Shown in pieces: positions 34,453 through 47,161 of a stretch of DNA of 64,000 nucleotides. The notes beneath the pieces were generated by a model that was given only the letters and a program-made list of their open reading frames with translations, ran no database searches and had not been told where the DNA came from. Location: assembly GCA_964187785.1 (NCBI GenBank), contig OZ076409.1, positions 98,830,001-98,894,000 of the forward strand, written 5' to 3'. A program made the position numbers and the translations under genes. Numbering within the stretch: position 1 is the first letter of the stretch; each line of letters starts with the position of its first letter. The stretch comes from Amphiscolops sp. MND2022. Its lineage: Eukaryota.

Positions 34453-37400
34453 CACATACGTTAACAACACAACGATTGAATGCAATGGCACACCAACTGA
34501 AGACTGGCTAAGACGACAAGCACTCGCTTCTATAAAAAGGCCATATCCACAAACTGAACAAGCAGAAACCTACACTCACGATAAAGACTACACGGACAAT
34601 CCTAAACAACAAGCAAATCGTCCTACCAACTTACCCCCCATCAACAGAGAACTCTCCGCTACAAACCAGGTAGAACAAAATGAAAGTGCCTCCGACGACC
34701 GCCTATCGTCACAACAAAATGAAGGAGATAATCACGACTCCACCAAGACATTTCTGTCCCCAGACGATTTCCCCACATCACTCAACTCAATCAAGGAGTA
34801 CGTAGCCGAAAAGGATGGAGAAACATATATACCTCTCCACTCCACTATAGTCCTCAAGAGCAGAAGGAGAATGCTGTACTTGCCACTAGAATTCGGTGAA
34901 ATAACAATGGATGGACTTGTCGACTCAGGTGCGTTCATCAATGCCATGTCCTGGTCAGACTACAACGCAATCAAGATGAACAGTGATAGTTGTGTCATAA
35001 AAGAATACCCTCAACCTCCCTTCAAAATCGAATGCGCAAACGCACAACTAGAGCAACCAATAGCAACAGCGGACATCCAGTTCAACATCGGAACATATAC
35101 CTTCACGGATACCTTCGTCATCCTATCGAAAACGTCATTTCCCGTCATAGGATTAAACTTCATGAGAAACCACCAAGCAGTGATCGACACTGCCAACGGG
35201 ACGATCAATTTCCCGCACGTCGAAATGACGTTAGCCATGACAGACGAAATGAAAAAATGCAACCCAAAACCGCTTCAAATAATGGCAGAAGGACATCAGA
35301 CACTGCCGCCTCAACAGACAACAACAGTAAACGCAATAGTCATAACCACAAACGCGAATGACGTCACCGGTGCGGTACAACCACTACCACAATTTGATGA
35401 AACAGCAACAATCATCGTTGCACCAGCTCTGGCGACAGCCCATTACAAAAGGCTCAACATCAGAATCGCCAACCTAACGGATTTCCCACATACAATAAAG
35501 AATCATACAAAGCTGGCAGAACTACAAATCCTCAAACCTGAGGACACGAAACAAATACGACCAGTTGACGCCGCCGCACTCAAATTGTTAGAAGACCCTG
35601 ATGACACACACATGTACATCAACGAACTTATGAAATCAAATGAACATGAACAAAGCGATGAAAACCTCTGGTTCCCCACACCCGAGAATCCAGGGAACGA
35701 AGAAGAACATACGCCAATCCAACGTCGGATCTTGAAGGAAATCCGTGAACTCATCCAAAAGGAAAACTTAGACCCAACTAAAGACCAGGATTCAAGACAA
35801 AAGTTCCTTGACATGTTTCAGTGGGAAGGTTCTCAAATCGAATGCAACGACAGGAAGCAACTCGAGCAAACAATAGTCGAATACAACGATATCTTTGCCC
35901 GCCATCGCCTTGATATTGGAATCAACGATAGCTTCAAAGTCAAATTAACTCCGAAAGACGAGCGCCCAATTTACACGCAAAGCCTGCCGGTACCAATCAA
36001 CCTGAAAGAAGATCTTACAGTTGAATTAGCACTAATGCATAGGTACGGCATAATAACGACCCTACCATTCTCAAAATATGCAAGCCCAATCTTCGCACAA
36101 CGCAAACCGAATGGCAAGTTGCGACTACTCGTCGATCTACGAAAAATAAACGCATTAATCTCAGACGATTACATCAACAATAACCACCCAGTCAGCACCC
36201 TGTCAGATGCAGCTCAACATCTAGCTGGGAAAAAATTGTTTTGCAAACTAGACTGCTCACAGGCATATCATTGCCTACAGATGGCAGACCAACGATCAAT
36301 CGAAATGCTAGCCTTCAACTTTGCAAGCAGAACGTTCGCCTACAAACGCCTAGCACAAGGACTGAGCAGAGCCCTGTCGGCATTTTCAAGCTTCATGCGA
36401 GAATACTTGGATAAAGTAATCAAGGCCGACCAATGCGCGCAGTACGTGGACGACATCGGAATTGCGGCCAACTCTGTGACACAACTGATACGCAACATTC
36501 GAGCAGTTTTTGAATGCATCCGAAGAGCGGGACTCAAGCTAACCATCGAAAAATGCCATTTCGGAGTAACTGAAGTCGAATTCCTTGGAAGAACGATCAC
36601 ACCACAAGGAATCGCCCCGCAGGATCATAAAATTCAAAAATTCTTAGCAAATGTAAGATTCCCAAAATCCAAGAAACAAGTACAAAGATACATCGGTTTT
36701 GTCAATTATTATTGCAACTACATCCCGAGACTGTCTGAGAAATTGCTCGGATTCTATGAACTACTGAAAGCAGACAAGCAAATCAAAATCACAGAAGAAC
36801 TACTCGACCATTACAAAGCCATCAACGCAGCACTGGCGCAAGCTTGCGGTTTGGCACTCATTCGCACCAGTCGCATTCGGATCAAAGGTGTTCTCCCCGG
36901 CTCAAATCAAAATGTCAATTTACTGCAAGGAATTTCTAGCAATCTATCACGCCTTCCTTGAATACAGCCATATTCTATGGGAAACAACCCTACCAACTCT
37001 TGTGATGACCGACAACAGATCGGTAACGCGTTTCTTCCAAACAAAAGCAATCCCGCCCACTCTGTGGAATGCATGTGATTATGTACTACAATTCAACTTC
37101 CACATAATGCACGTCGCGGGTACGCAAAACACGGCAGCCGATTTTCTGTCAAGAATTGATCTCAATCCCAAAGAAAGAGTTGAACTAAAAATCAGAGAGG
37201 ATATTACAATCAGGCCCATCCAAGTGAATCTCCAATCAACGGACGTCGCGGATGAGGAACAACTTTTCTTCCTTTCGGATGAAACAATTGAAACGGAAGA
37301 AGAAATCCTATTGCAGAAAGAACAAGCTAGACAAAATGCACGCGACGAGGAGACGACCAAAATCAAAATAGCCATCAAAGAAACCACCCCAATCCCAATA

Positions 37401-39192
37401 AATAAGGCATCTTATACCTTTGGGGCAATAAAGGAAGACGCACGTATTAGAGTTGAGCAAGACTCGAATTTGGTTTTCAAAGCAATCAAAAAGAATATGA
37501 TTTGTGAAGAATACGACAAACACCTTCTACAGACCGATCCGACAGCCAAGCGCCTCCTAATCCACGAGAACAGACTAATAGTGAAAGATGGAGTACTAAT
37601 ATTACGGGGAATGTGGCCAAGTCACTCACCATCAAATTTTAGTCCCCGAATATTTAATCACAGAACTCTTGAAAGCAATTCATGGACAAATGGGAAAGCA
37701 TCCAGGAATCACAAAAATGATCCAAGAATGCCTATCAAAATACTACTACCCAGGATTAGCAAAGAAGATCAGACAGTGGGTAATGCAATGCGAAGAATGC
37801 ATCAAATACAAACGAATCAACAACAGCCAAATCCGACCAAAGATGATCAACAATACGGAACACGTCCTAGGCCCAGAAGATATCCTAGAAATTGACATAT
37901 TGCCGAACTTACCAAACTCCGCAGGATACCAAAACATCGTCACGATGACTGATGTTTTTTCACGTTACCTATTTGCATATCCAACGCAGAATAGCACAGC
38001 AAAAACAATAGGACGATGTATTGTCGACGTCATGACAAGACACGCATACTTGCCAACATTAACCTTATCAGACAAAGGCTCACAATTCCGATCAGAAATC
38101 GTCCCAGAAATAACCCAGATACTTGAAATTCAAATCAGCCACGCATCTACGAAGCATGCACAAACAATCGGAATTCTGGAAAGAACGCACGCTTCAATCA
38201 AAACCGCCCTAAAAATATCAACGGGCGAACGACGCTCAATGTGGCACAAATATGTCCAAATCGCAGTGATGAATTACAATACAACATACCATGAAACCCT
38301 GGGCTGCGAACCATCTACAGTATTTCACGGACGTATACCTTACAACGTTCTCGATTTAAAACTGGGCATCAAGCCAAAGTGGAAAACCACCCCCCATTCA
38401 GATGTAGCAGAACAACTCCAAAAACAAATTGACGAAGTGCGAGCGACGGCAAAGGACAACATCATGCTGTCCTATCTCAAATACAAAAAATACTACGACC
38501 GCAAAGCAACCGCGGCTCCATTAAAAATCAACGACTACTGCTATATACTTAACCCGAAAGCCGACAATCAATCGACAAAGTTTGCGTTTCAAGATTGCAT
38601 CTGGACAGGACCGTATGTAGTAATCAAAGTGCTTTCAAACAACAACTACACAATACGAAAAATTGGCACAAGATATACACAAACACTACACAGAATTCGC
38701 ATACGACCTTACGTGCCAGAACAACGCTTGCCCGACGTCACAGTACGAGCCAACGACTACCTTCCCGACCCAGAAGTTAAAGTCTCACACAATGAATGGT
38801 ATGCGGTATCATGGGAAATGGATTTTGGAAAGCAGATTGATGAACACGAAACATCGGAAAGCACAAGAAACAATCATCACGTAGAAATACGAGAAGTGAC
38901 AAATGCAAATGACGGCAACACAACGCCACAAGCGTCAAATAATAACAGCGAAGATACAAATGACGAGGCACCGCCGTCCCCGGATTTTTCAAATCTTACT
39001 ACGGACGTAGGAGATAACCCATACATACGCCGTCCCCCACCCCTTGAAAGCCCACCCATTGCCCCAAGAACGCCGCCTACAGTCGTCGGATATAACCCGA
39101 GACAAACAGCAAAGTACAACTTGAGATCTAATCCTAAGCCTAATGCTAATCCTGACTTCAGACGACTTGACGCTATGACTACGACTCACTAA
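34382..39192 (+). pseudogene. pol: pol of element B (PR, RT, RNase H, IN); disrupted
   Basis: LVDSGA; LRLLVDLRKIN, LAQG, YVDD; integrase H..H..CEEC, EIDI/SDKG/LERTH, WTGPY. Deletion and frameshift at ~36860 removes the first RNase H motif; a second frameshift at ~37600. Confidence 0.93.
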
Positions 39193-39412
39193 AAGAAAGA
39201 TCATATCTGGAGTCCAGCCCGAACCGGACTGACAATTTTCCAATTTACAAGCATACTACAGCCTGAATAAACGTCCTTTTTTTTCTTTTTTTTATATACA
39301 ACTCCTGCAGTCTACGATTTCATGTGGCACATCATAAAGCTACAAAGAAAATAAACAAAAGATATCAACACAACAACTAATGAAATCCGAGTTTACTGCA
39401 ACAAAACTGAAG

Positions 39413-42400
39413 TCATTTCTTCTTCGAGCCATACGTAGCTCCTTTACCCGCAGATTGCTTTGACTTCTTCTTAGACTTCTCCACATCGACTGCATCAGGA
39501 TCAACAGCACCTTTTTCACGTCCTAACAAAGAGGCAACACTCCCATACACCCTGGTCTTGCTGAATCGAAAGGAACTGGATCCACTAGACGAAGGGACAG
39601 GTGGGGCAGAAATAACAGAAGCAGCTGGACTTTCAATCAAGGAGGAACCTTCGCAATCACCACCACTCTCGCCATAGGGTTGACCATCACTGAGACTCCT
39701 TTTCCGACTCACTCGTTCATCAAACAGACGACGATATCGATTGACGAAAGCAGATTGATTCACCCCACATAAACCGTCCCATGGATCAAACCCACCAGAC
39801 GACATAAAAGTACTGGCAGTAGCAATTGCTTTCCGCACTTCATTCATCGTAAACTGGGTAAAGAAGGACTTCAACCTAAACTCAGATGACACAACGCAAT
39901 TTTGAACACCTTGCACACAGGATGCAACCACGTGAGACGGAACAGCACAATCGCTGAGATCAATCTCCACAGCAGGGAAATCAATGCGAGGCCTCAATAC
40001 TGCCAGACAACATAGTTTGAACACGCGACACAATGACTTGCGCGCCAGAAAGCAGTAGTCGGACAAAAGATAATGCCTTACGTCACCGATTGACTCAGCA
40101 CTGACTCCACTATTCGCATGCCGGGACCGGGCATCCACAACGAAGGTTGAATACTCCTCCACGGCTGCTTTCGACTCTCGCGAAGAGACAACTCCACTCC
40201 GCTCCAATACTCGAATCAATGTCTGGAACAATACTAGCATATGTTGATCGTCCCCTTCGAGTAACAATTCAGGACAGAAACAGTAAACGCCCCGAGGAAG
40301 CTCTCCAGTAACGGGCTGCTGACCCAAAATGGCGATAACTAGGCGATCAATAAATTTTGGACAAAGATCCTGGAAGACGCGAAACTCTCCTCCTTTGTGA
40401 CTACGCAACACAGCACCAAAATCATGGTTATGAAGGAAATCACAGGAAGCAACATTTTCGAATCCGTCCAATTTCTGTAGGTCCATGTAATCCTCCCACG
40501 AATTCAGACTCGGCAACGACCCAAGTTTACGACTTCGTGACAGAAGACAGTACACAAATTGGCAAATTTCCATGTAACCATGGAAACCATAATCACTTCG
40601 CCCTGAGGACTGCTTCTTGAACGAACAGGAATCTGAAACACAAGACACACCATCATACTCGGCACTAGCCATTTTTTCATTCACCCCCACGCAATACTAC
40701 GCATGAACATCACACAAATACCACTATCTCGCGAACTGCAAATACGATACACCACAACAGCATACTCACGAAGTTCAAGCACATGCAGAAGAAGACCCAG
40801 GTGCAACCCTCCAGTAGCCTCAGAGTACACATGCCAGTCAGTGCCACGCATCTACAACAACAAATCGCCAACAATCAACAACACCTATACCTGTGAGAAC
40901 AACAATATACGAAACGATCAGTTACGCAAACAAGACAAAATCATTACCCGGCCAGCAGCAGTTTTGAAATGTCGGGGTCCAGTGTGTCTCACAAAATCCT
41001 GAACAGACGACCACACTGAGATCAAGTCAGCAACTACACCTCGTAGATCAGCGAATTTGACATGCCCAGCAATGATGCATCGTCGGAGACACAACGTACT
41101 CTCGCACCAGGGCTCTTGAATTGCACCCCGCAAGCGCAGCATCAAAAAGTCCACCATGGCAGTTGTTTCCAGTCCACCAAAAACCTCCTGATGCGCGAGC
41201 TGATAGCAATGCAAGAAGACGTCCACAGTGAATTCCCGATACATCAGAAACTCTCGCCCGTCAACGCGATTGTCACTTAGAATCCTCAGCAAGGTAGGAC
41301 TACAGCCCTGACATGACAAAGGCATCTGGCATGACGCAGTGCTATCAATGACACGTGACAAACCAGCCAAGTCAGCCTCGGGAATGCGTTGCCCAGAAGC
41401 CTCAACCCTCACACAAATGCTCATCAGGGTATGCTCATCAAAGGTCTGCACGAAACACTTGTGGTACCCATCGCTCTCCACGAAAGAAATACTGTACTCT
41501 CGGAAAGCGCCAATTCGAGCGAACAAGGAACGCAACACACGAGGGAACAAAGCCTGGCAGATCAGCGACTAAAACACAAAAAAAAATTTTTCCCAACACA
41601 TGAGGCCCGACACAAAGATGAGCCTGCGCACTCTACATACAAACCCCCCCCCCCTCATGAATAACAAATACTAAACTGCCGGACACTTTGACTTACTAAC
41701 CAATGACTCAGGACGGCTCCAGTGCACATTGTATAGTGGGTTCTCGGGACCCAGTGTCGCCCGGAAACACCCCCACAATCTTCGCAACAGAAGGTAACTG
41801 CCGCCAAACCGCAACAGCTCGATCAGACAGTTCACCATTGACATCAGGGGCACACTGGAATCGGCTTGCACACAGGCAGGGAGCAAGTCTTCAGGAAAAC
41901 TAAACCCCTCATTTTTCCCTTTGTTAGGTCGATTGCGATATTCCTCCAGCTGAGCGTCACTGAGCACCATTGGGTCCATCAGACGATTAAATACCGGCAG
42001 ACCATTTTGAACACGATAGGTCACATCCAGCAACCAGTGCCGTTTTCCGAAGAAGTGACGACTGAACACTGCTGCCCCACGTGACTCCATGGACACGTCC
42101 CGCTGGCAAATCATGCAGTGAAACATCTTAGCAGAACCAGTGCTGGAACCACTGACAAAGAGCTCATATATCGGATTGCCAGTGACCATATCACGACGAA
42201 GACGATTCCGAGGGCTGTACACTCGCTTACGACCACGATCGGCACTCTCCAAGGTCGTCTCCATACGGCTGATTAGCTCCTCAAACCCTGTAACAACCAA
42301 ACTCTGGCATCATGAAACTCAATTAGAAGACGTACGCCACCCGAAAGAAAAAAAAGAAGAAAAAAGAGGAAAAGAGAAAAACAGGGAAAAGAAGGAAAAA

Positions 42401-43509
42401 GATGCCTAACATCTATCAACAGACGAAAAGAATATCAAAATAACTCCACCAATCCAACTGAACTTACGTGCAACGAACGGATCCAAGGCATGTCCTTCTA
42501 CGTCGGAAAGTCCTCCAGACGACACCCCGACTTGCGGTGCGGGTGTAAGAGGCAGCACACCACTAATGCCCTGCTCATTGTCACTGTCGTCCACACTGAA
42601 CCGAATTTTGGGAGCGCCAAACTGGAAAACAGTCTCAGCAGGCTGTTCTGACGCTGATCGCATCTCTGACCCGCTCCCGCCGGGAATCATCAATTGCACT
42701 ACAACAAGTTAGTTACAGTTAAGATATAATACCTCTTCACATAACAAAGCGACAAGAGAAGGACATAACCACAGAAACACGCCAATGACAATTGACCTAC
42801 ATGAGAATACACAAATATCATATAAATATCAAAGTAACAATACGACAACTCACCACGTTTGACTTTGGTCCCTCCGCCGCCGGAACTTCCTTCCGTTCTC
42901 TTTCGACGAAGAAACGATGAGAATCGAGGAGAAACAGTTTTCTGCCCTTCAGCATTTCTTTGAGCAGGGGGGGATAACCCCTCACCTCCGCGAGAGTCCA
43001 TCTTGTCGACCGCGTTGGCCACCTTAGCAAGAGCCGCCAGAGGAACGTCTGAATCTTCAGAACAACACGTAGGAACGACCGAAGCAGCGGGAGGAGAAAC
43101 CTCAGTCACTATCTCACCACCCCCATGTGTTGACTCTGCGAGAGGCTCGAGACTAATTCCAGAGAGGTCACCAGGGAGAGAAGCCCTCAACTCAGCGACA
43201 GAACCACCAGCCAGAGGAGGTGAAGGAGTCGGATCTAGCAACAAACAAAACAATCCCGTGTTGACGCGTCAGAAAATCTAAGCTGTGAAAATACGAAACA
43301 GAAAAGGCCTATCTGAGAGTAGTATTATTCATAAAAGCTTAATGGACCGGGGAAGAATAAGCTCACCTGTTGCTTGCCGACGAATGACATCCCCATCACT
43401 CTGGTAGATGTCCCCCTCAGAGAAAACAAACTGAGTTTCATTACCACTCTGAGCTCCGGTATCACGCTGAAGGGAAGGAGGATTCTGATCTATACCAAAC
43501 AGCTGGGAT
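39413..43509 (-). CDS. Spliced antisense accessory gene encoding a hAT-transposase-like protein (~1070 aa; first exon or start not located)
   Basis: Predicted exons 43509-43367, 43234-42854, 42698-42468, 42287-41701, 41568-40993, 40851-40770, 40632-39413. Six GT-AG introns of 132-180 nt, all phase-compatible, giving one stop-free frame. BED-like C-x2-C-x16-H-x5-H finger and hAT-like helical blocks. Confidence 0.8.
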
Positions 43510-43522
43510 CTGAAAAAACAGC

Positions 43523-43785
43523 CGAAATTGACGTCGGCATAACGTCGACAAAAAGGTTATCTGGGTTAAGAAATTAATCCGATACCCTAAAATGGCGTCA
43601 TCAAAACGGTGACAAAAATGAAAGTTGGCTAATAACCAACGAAATTGACGTCGGCATAACGTCGAAAAAAAGGTTATCAGGGTTAAGAAATTAATCCTAT
43701 ATCCTAAAATGACGTCATCAAAACGGTGACAAAATCAAAAGTTAGCTGAGCTAACGAAAATGACGTCAGCATAACGTTGACAAAT
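43523..43785. repeat. About 2.3 copies of a ~117-bp repeat with TGACGTC(A) motifs between the divergent accessory genes
   Basis: 'cgaaattgacgtcggcataacgtcga' recurs at ~43523, ~43640 and ~43755. Confidence 0.8.
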
Positions 43786-44000
43786 TTGGCCAAGTAAATT
43801 ATTCCAATTTACAGCCAATAAAATGCGATGCTGACATAACGTCAATATCTGAAGATTAAAAAGGATTAAAATGATTGAACTGCCAATCAAAATGGAGGGG
43901 TTTTTCCAATACTTTCCTTAATCCTAATAAAGCCGAAATTCATTGTGGAACAATCAAATACAAACGACAGCTGCAAAAGAAAAGAAATCTCACAAAGAAG

Positions 44001-44732
44001 ATGAATAATCTACTAGATATTTACGAATTGATCGACATCTCGTCGTCAAGCGAGGAGGAGGGCGAAATAACAAGGTCGTCCACCCCAATACCTAGAGACA
44101 GCAGTGCCTACCCGGGGTTGGTCATCGAAATTCTGAACTCATCAGCAGAGGCGACCGCAGACGAAGAAGAATGCCTCGACCTATCGGTAAATTCACTGGA
44201 AACAGAATGCAAGAAAATGAAGCTGAGTGAGTCGTTCTCTAGTTTTGAAACTGTAGAATCGGGACAATACCCCCACTCTGAGTTGACCGAAGAAGTTATT
44301 GCTGACTCCCCGGAAAGCCCTGATGAAAGCTTGTCTTCGGACATATTCATAGTAGAAGCCCCAGCTGTCCAAACCGAATCAGTAACAAGTAGCAAAGTAG
44401 CCGAATATCTGGAGAAGGTGCATCAAGAAGACGCCTCTTCATACTTTGTCACGCCCCCTGGTCCATTGAGAAGAATAAATCTGCTGACAACTAGTCCTCT
44501 AAACGATCTGGAGGAGCCGAAATTAACGCTAGACAAAGCCAAGGAAAACTACACTCGCGAAAATCACCTGCGCCATGCGTTCGACTTCCATCAACCCGGT
44601 AAAGCCGTTCGTCCCATGACAGTGGCCCTGTCACAGTCCGCTCCCGGACTGGATTGCGGATGCAGGCGAGTTGGCCTTGGGCGTGGACATGGGTGCACCG
44701 CAAGACTCACGAAGAGGTATTTTGGCTATTAA
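44001..44732 (+). CDS. Acidic Ser/Glu-rich accessory ORF (243 aa) that ends inside the 3' LTR
   Basis: ATG at 44001, uninterrupted; the last 104 nt lie in the LTR; motifs ELIDISSSSEEE, ECLDLS, DIFIVE; C-terminal CGC-x9-HGC. Confidence 0.6.
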   Translation: MNNLLDIYELIDISSSSEEEGEITRSSTPIPRDSSAYPGLVIEILNSSAEATADEEECLDLSVNSLETECKKMKLSESFSSFETVESGQYPHSELTEEVIADSPESPDESLSSDIFIVEAPAVQTESVTSSKVAEYLEKVHQEDASSYFVTPPGPLRRINLLTTSPLNDLEEPKLTLDKAKENYTRENHLRHAFDFHQPGKAVRPMTVALSQSAPGLDCGCRRVGLGRGHGCTARLTKRYFGY

Positions 44733-47161
44733 CTCGAATTCTAACTAAATTTAAATAAACTGTGACTTGAAATGCAATAATACTTTTGCCTAGCAAAAAT
44801 TCCAAATAAAACTAGTGAACGCGTTCTAGATTTTTCATGCTCTCGCAAAATTGAATAAAATAGTACCGGAAATGTAAAATACACATTTACCGCGCGCAAA
44901 TTTGAGCGGAAATGAAATAAGGAAGCAAAATAATCCAAAATGATTTCACGCATGTTTGGCTGGACGAGCCAGCCACGACAAATGAAACATTCACAACCTG
45001 AAAATTAGAATAAAACTATCCCAAGAATAAAGAGACCATAAGCTAATCTAAATGAAAATACATCAAAACTAATCCCGAGAAAATACATTTCATTCGGACC
45101 TAAAACAGGAAATTACAGTGAGACAACACACCGTGGTAATTAAGCCTTTTCTTAGAAAGACAGCTTTACTATTCTTTGAACAGCAATTAGTGGCGTTTAG
45201 GACGACAATTTAGCGCTAAGCAAATAAAGGTACGATAGAAAATAAGCGTACATGTACTTTCGTCGTCAACACAGCGCAGACAAGTTTTGAAGGTATAATT
45301 TGTGACGTCACAGCATCGTCTAAGCATATCAAAAATCATTCCAATTATCCGCCTATACTAATAGTCTAGCTAGAATTCATTCCAATTTTCCGCCAGCGTG
45401 ACGTCACGGCGTTGGTAGCTAGCTATCTAATACCTCGCCAGAAATACTCGGCAGCAATGCGTCAAACTAGGTAGATATTCAATTCTGCCAAGAAAACTCG
45501 TCAACGTGACGTTGACAAGTTTATGAAATTAAGCTCTGCCAAGAAAACTCGTCAACTTGTCGTTGACAAGTTTATGAAGCTTGAATTCTGCCAAGAAAAC
45601 TCGTCAACATGACGTTGACAAGTTTATGAAATTGAATAAAGTGAATGAATTTGCCGAATTTAGTCAAGTTTTCATCGCGCAAATGCCGTTATTTCTTAAG
45701 GAGAGGAAATTGCAGACTGTTGCAAATTGTATAACGAATACATTGTTGATTTTCCATGGTTTAAGGTCCCAATTTAGAATGCGTTTTGGCACATATAGGA
45801 TAATTTCAACCCCACGTTAAGTAACAATCATGTACTCTTAACGATAAAGGAATTTCCGCGTATAAACCATCTTATTACAAGATCTCACAGTAGATTAATT
45901 AGGAAGTCACAGTTTATTCTCTCCAACTAAAAGCATATTGTGTACCAGAAATGTATTTTTCATATATTTTGCATTTTTGTACTCTACAACATTGAACGCT
46001 GTACTTGTGATTGTGATCATGTTTTTCTATATTAGTACATCCGTTGCTGTCCAGTTATTTACGTTGTGTTGGTGTTGTTATTTAACAAACGTTGTTGTTA
46101 ATTTTGTAAATCTTGTCGTGTTTGACACGACATGACAAAGTTGCTAACAAAGTATTATTTTGATATCATGATTTCATTCCCATCTCTAGCAAAAGATTGA
46201 ATCCAAATTCATAAAATATCGTCCTAGCATCGTTCAAACATTCCTATTTTGGAATTAGTCATAGCATTTTTATCAAAGCGAAATTCAAAATCAGGTATTT
46301 AATGTTCACGTCAGCGTCATCTCAGCGTCAATTTCCCGCGAACCAAAGCAGTAAAACAGGGAAGCATTTCCGGTTTGACAGACTGAAGTAATATCTACTT
46401 CCTGCTTGGGAGGAAGCAAAAGGACGCCGGGATGAAATGATATGATCGTGTTTGATAACTAATACTAGTTTAAAGTTGTCGTGTCTTAAAAATCGACGAA
46501 ATGTCAGCGCAAAGTTGGGAACTTCGTGATTTTTTCATCGATAAAACAGGAAATGACTAATTGTTCGAAGGAAATTAGGGATTGTAGTCGTGATCAAATG
46601 ATGCTGGGAGGGTATAAATATGATAGGATTTGATGATTAAGGGACTCAGTCTTTTGCAATTGTACAATTCAGTTGAATTTTCAATTTCACTCTTGCCTTG
46701 TTCTACTTTGTCAGAAAAATCTATGAAAGAAATTCAATTCTTCAAGTTCATACTTTTCTACAAAATGTCAACAACAAGAAGCCAAAAAAGAAGGAACGAT
46801 CAGCAAAGCACCAGTGAAAACGTAAGTGAAGGCTTGATTTCACCCATAGTAGTAGGAAATCCTTGTTCTTTGAATCAAGACGATGAGGTAGCGGGGCCTT
46901 CTAAACCAAAATCCCCCCGGATTGAGAATAGTCTCTTTGAAAGCTTGAGGGCTTCCTTAAAGGAGGAAATAACGTCAGAGATCACGAATCTTCTTGTCGA
47001 ATCTCAGAGGGAAATGTTGAAACTCTTGAAACCTGAAACAAGGGGAAGTATCAGGGAGAATACTGAGGAAGAGATAGAGGAGGAAACTAGAAGTTTCTAT
47101 ACTCCTACAAAATCAGTGAGGATAAGTTCTACCCAAAACAACCCGATAGCATGTCGTAACA
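44629..47161 (+). repeat. 3' LTR of element B (2533 bp)
   Basis: Direct repeat of 30811-33342, followed by the TSD TGCAA. Confidence 0.96.

Larger units (their letters stand above)
30811..47161 (+). mobile_element. Element B: full-length 16.35-kb Ty3/Gypsy LTR retrotransposon with accessory genes
   Basis: 2.53-kb LTRs (TGTCAC...GTAACA); 5-bp TSD TGCAA at 30806-30810 and 47162-47166; PBS; gag; PR-RT-RH-IN pol. Confidence 0.97.

Noticed and set aside
39193..44000. Nested autonomous hAT DNA transposon inside element B
   Set aside because: I found no terminal inverted repeats or 8-bp TSD, and the catalytic Asp positions appear substituted; not fully excluded without other copies.
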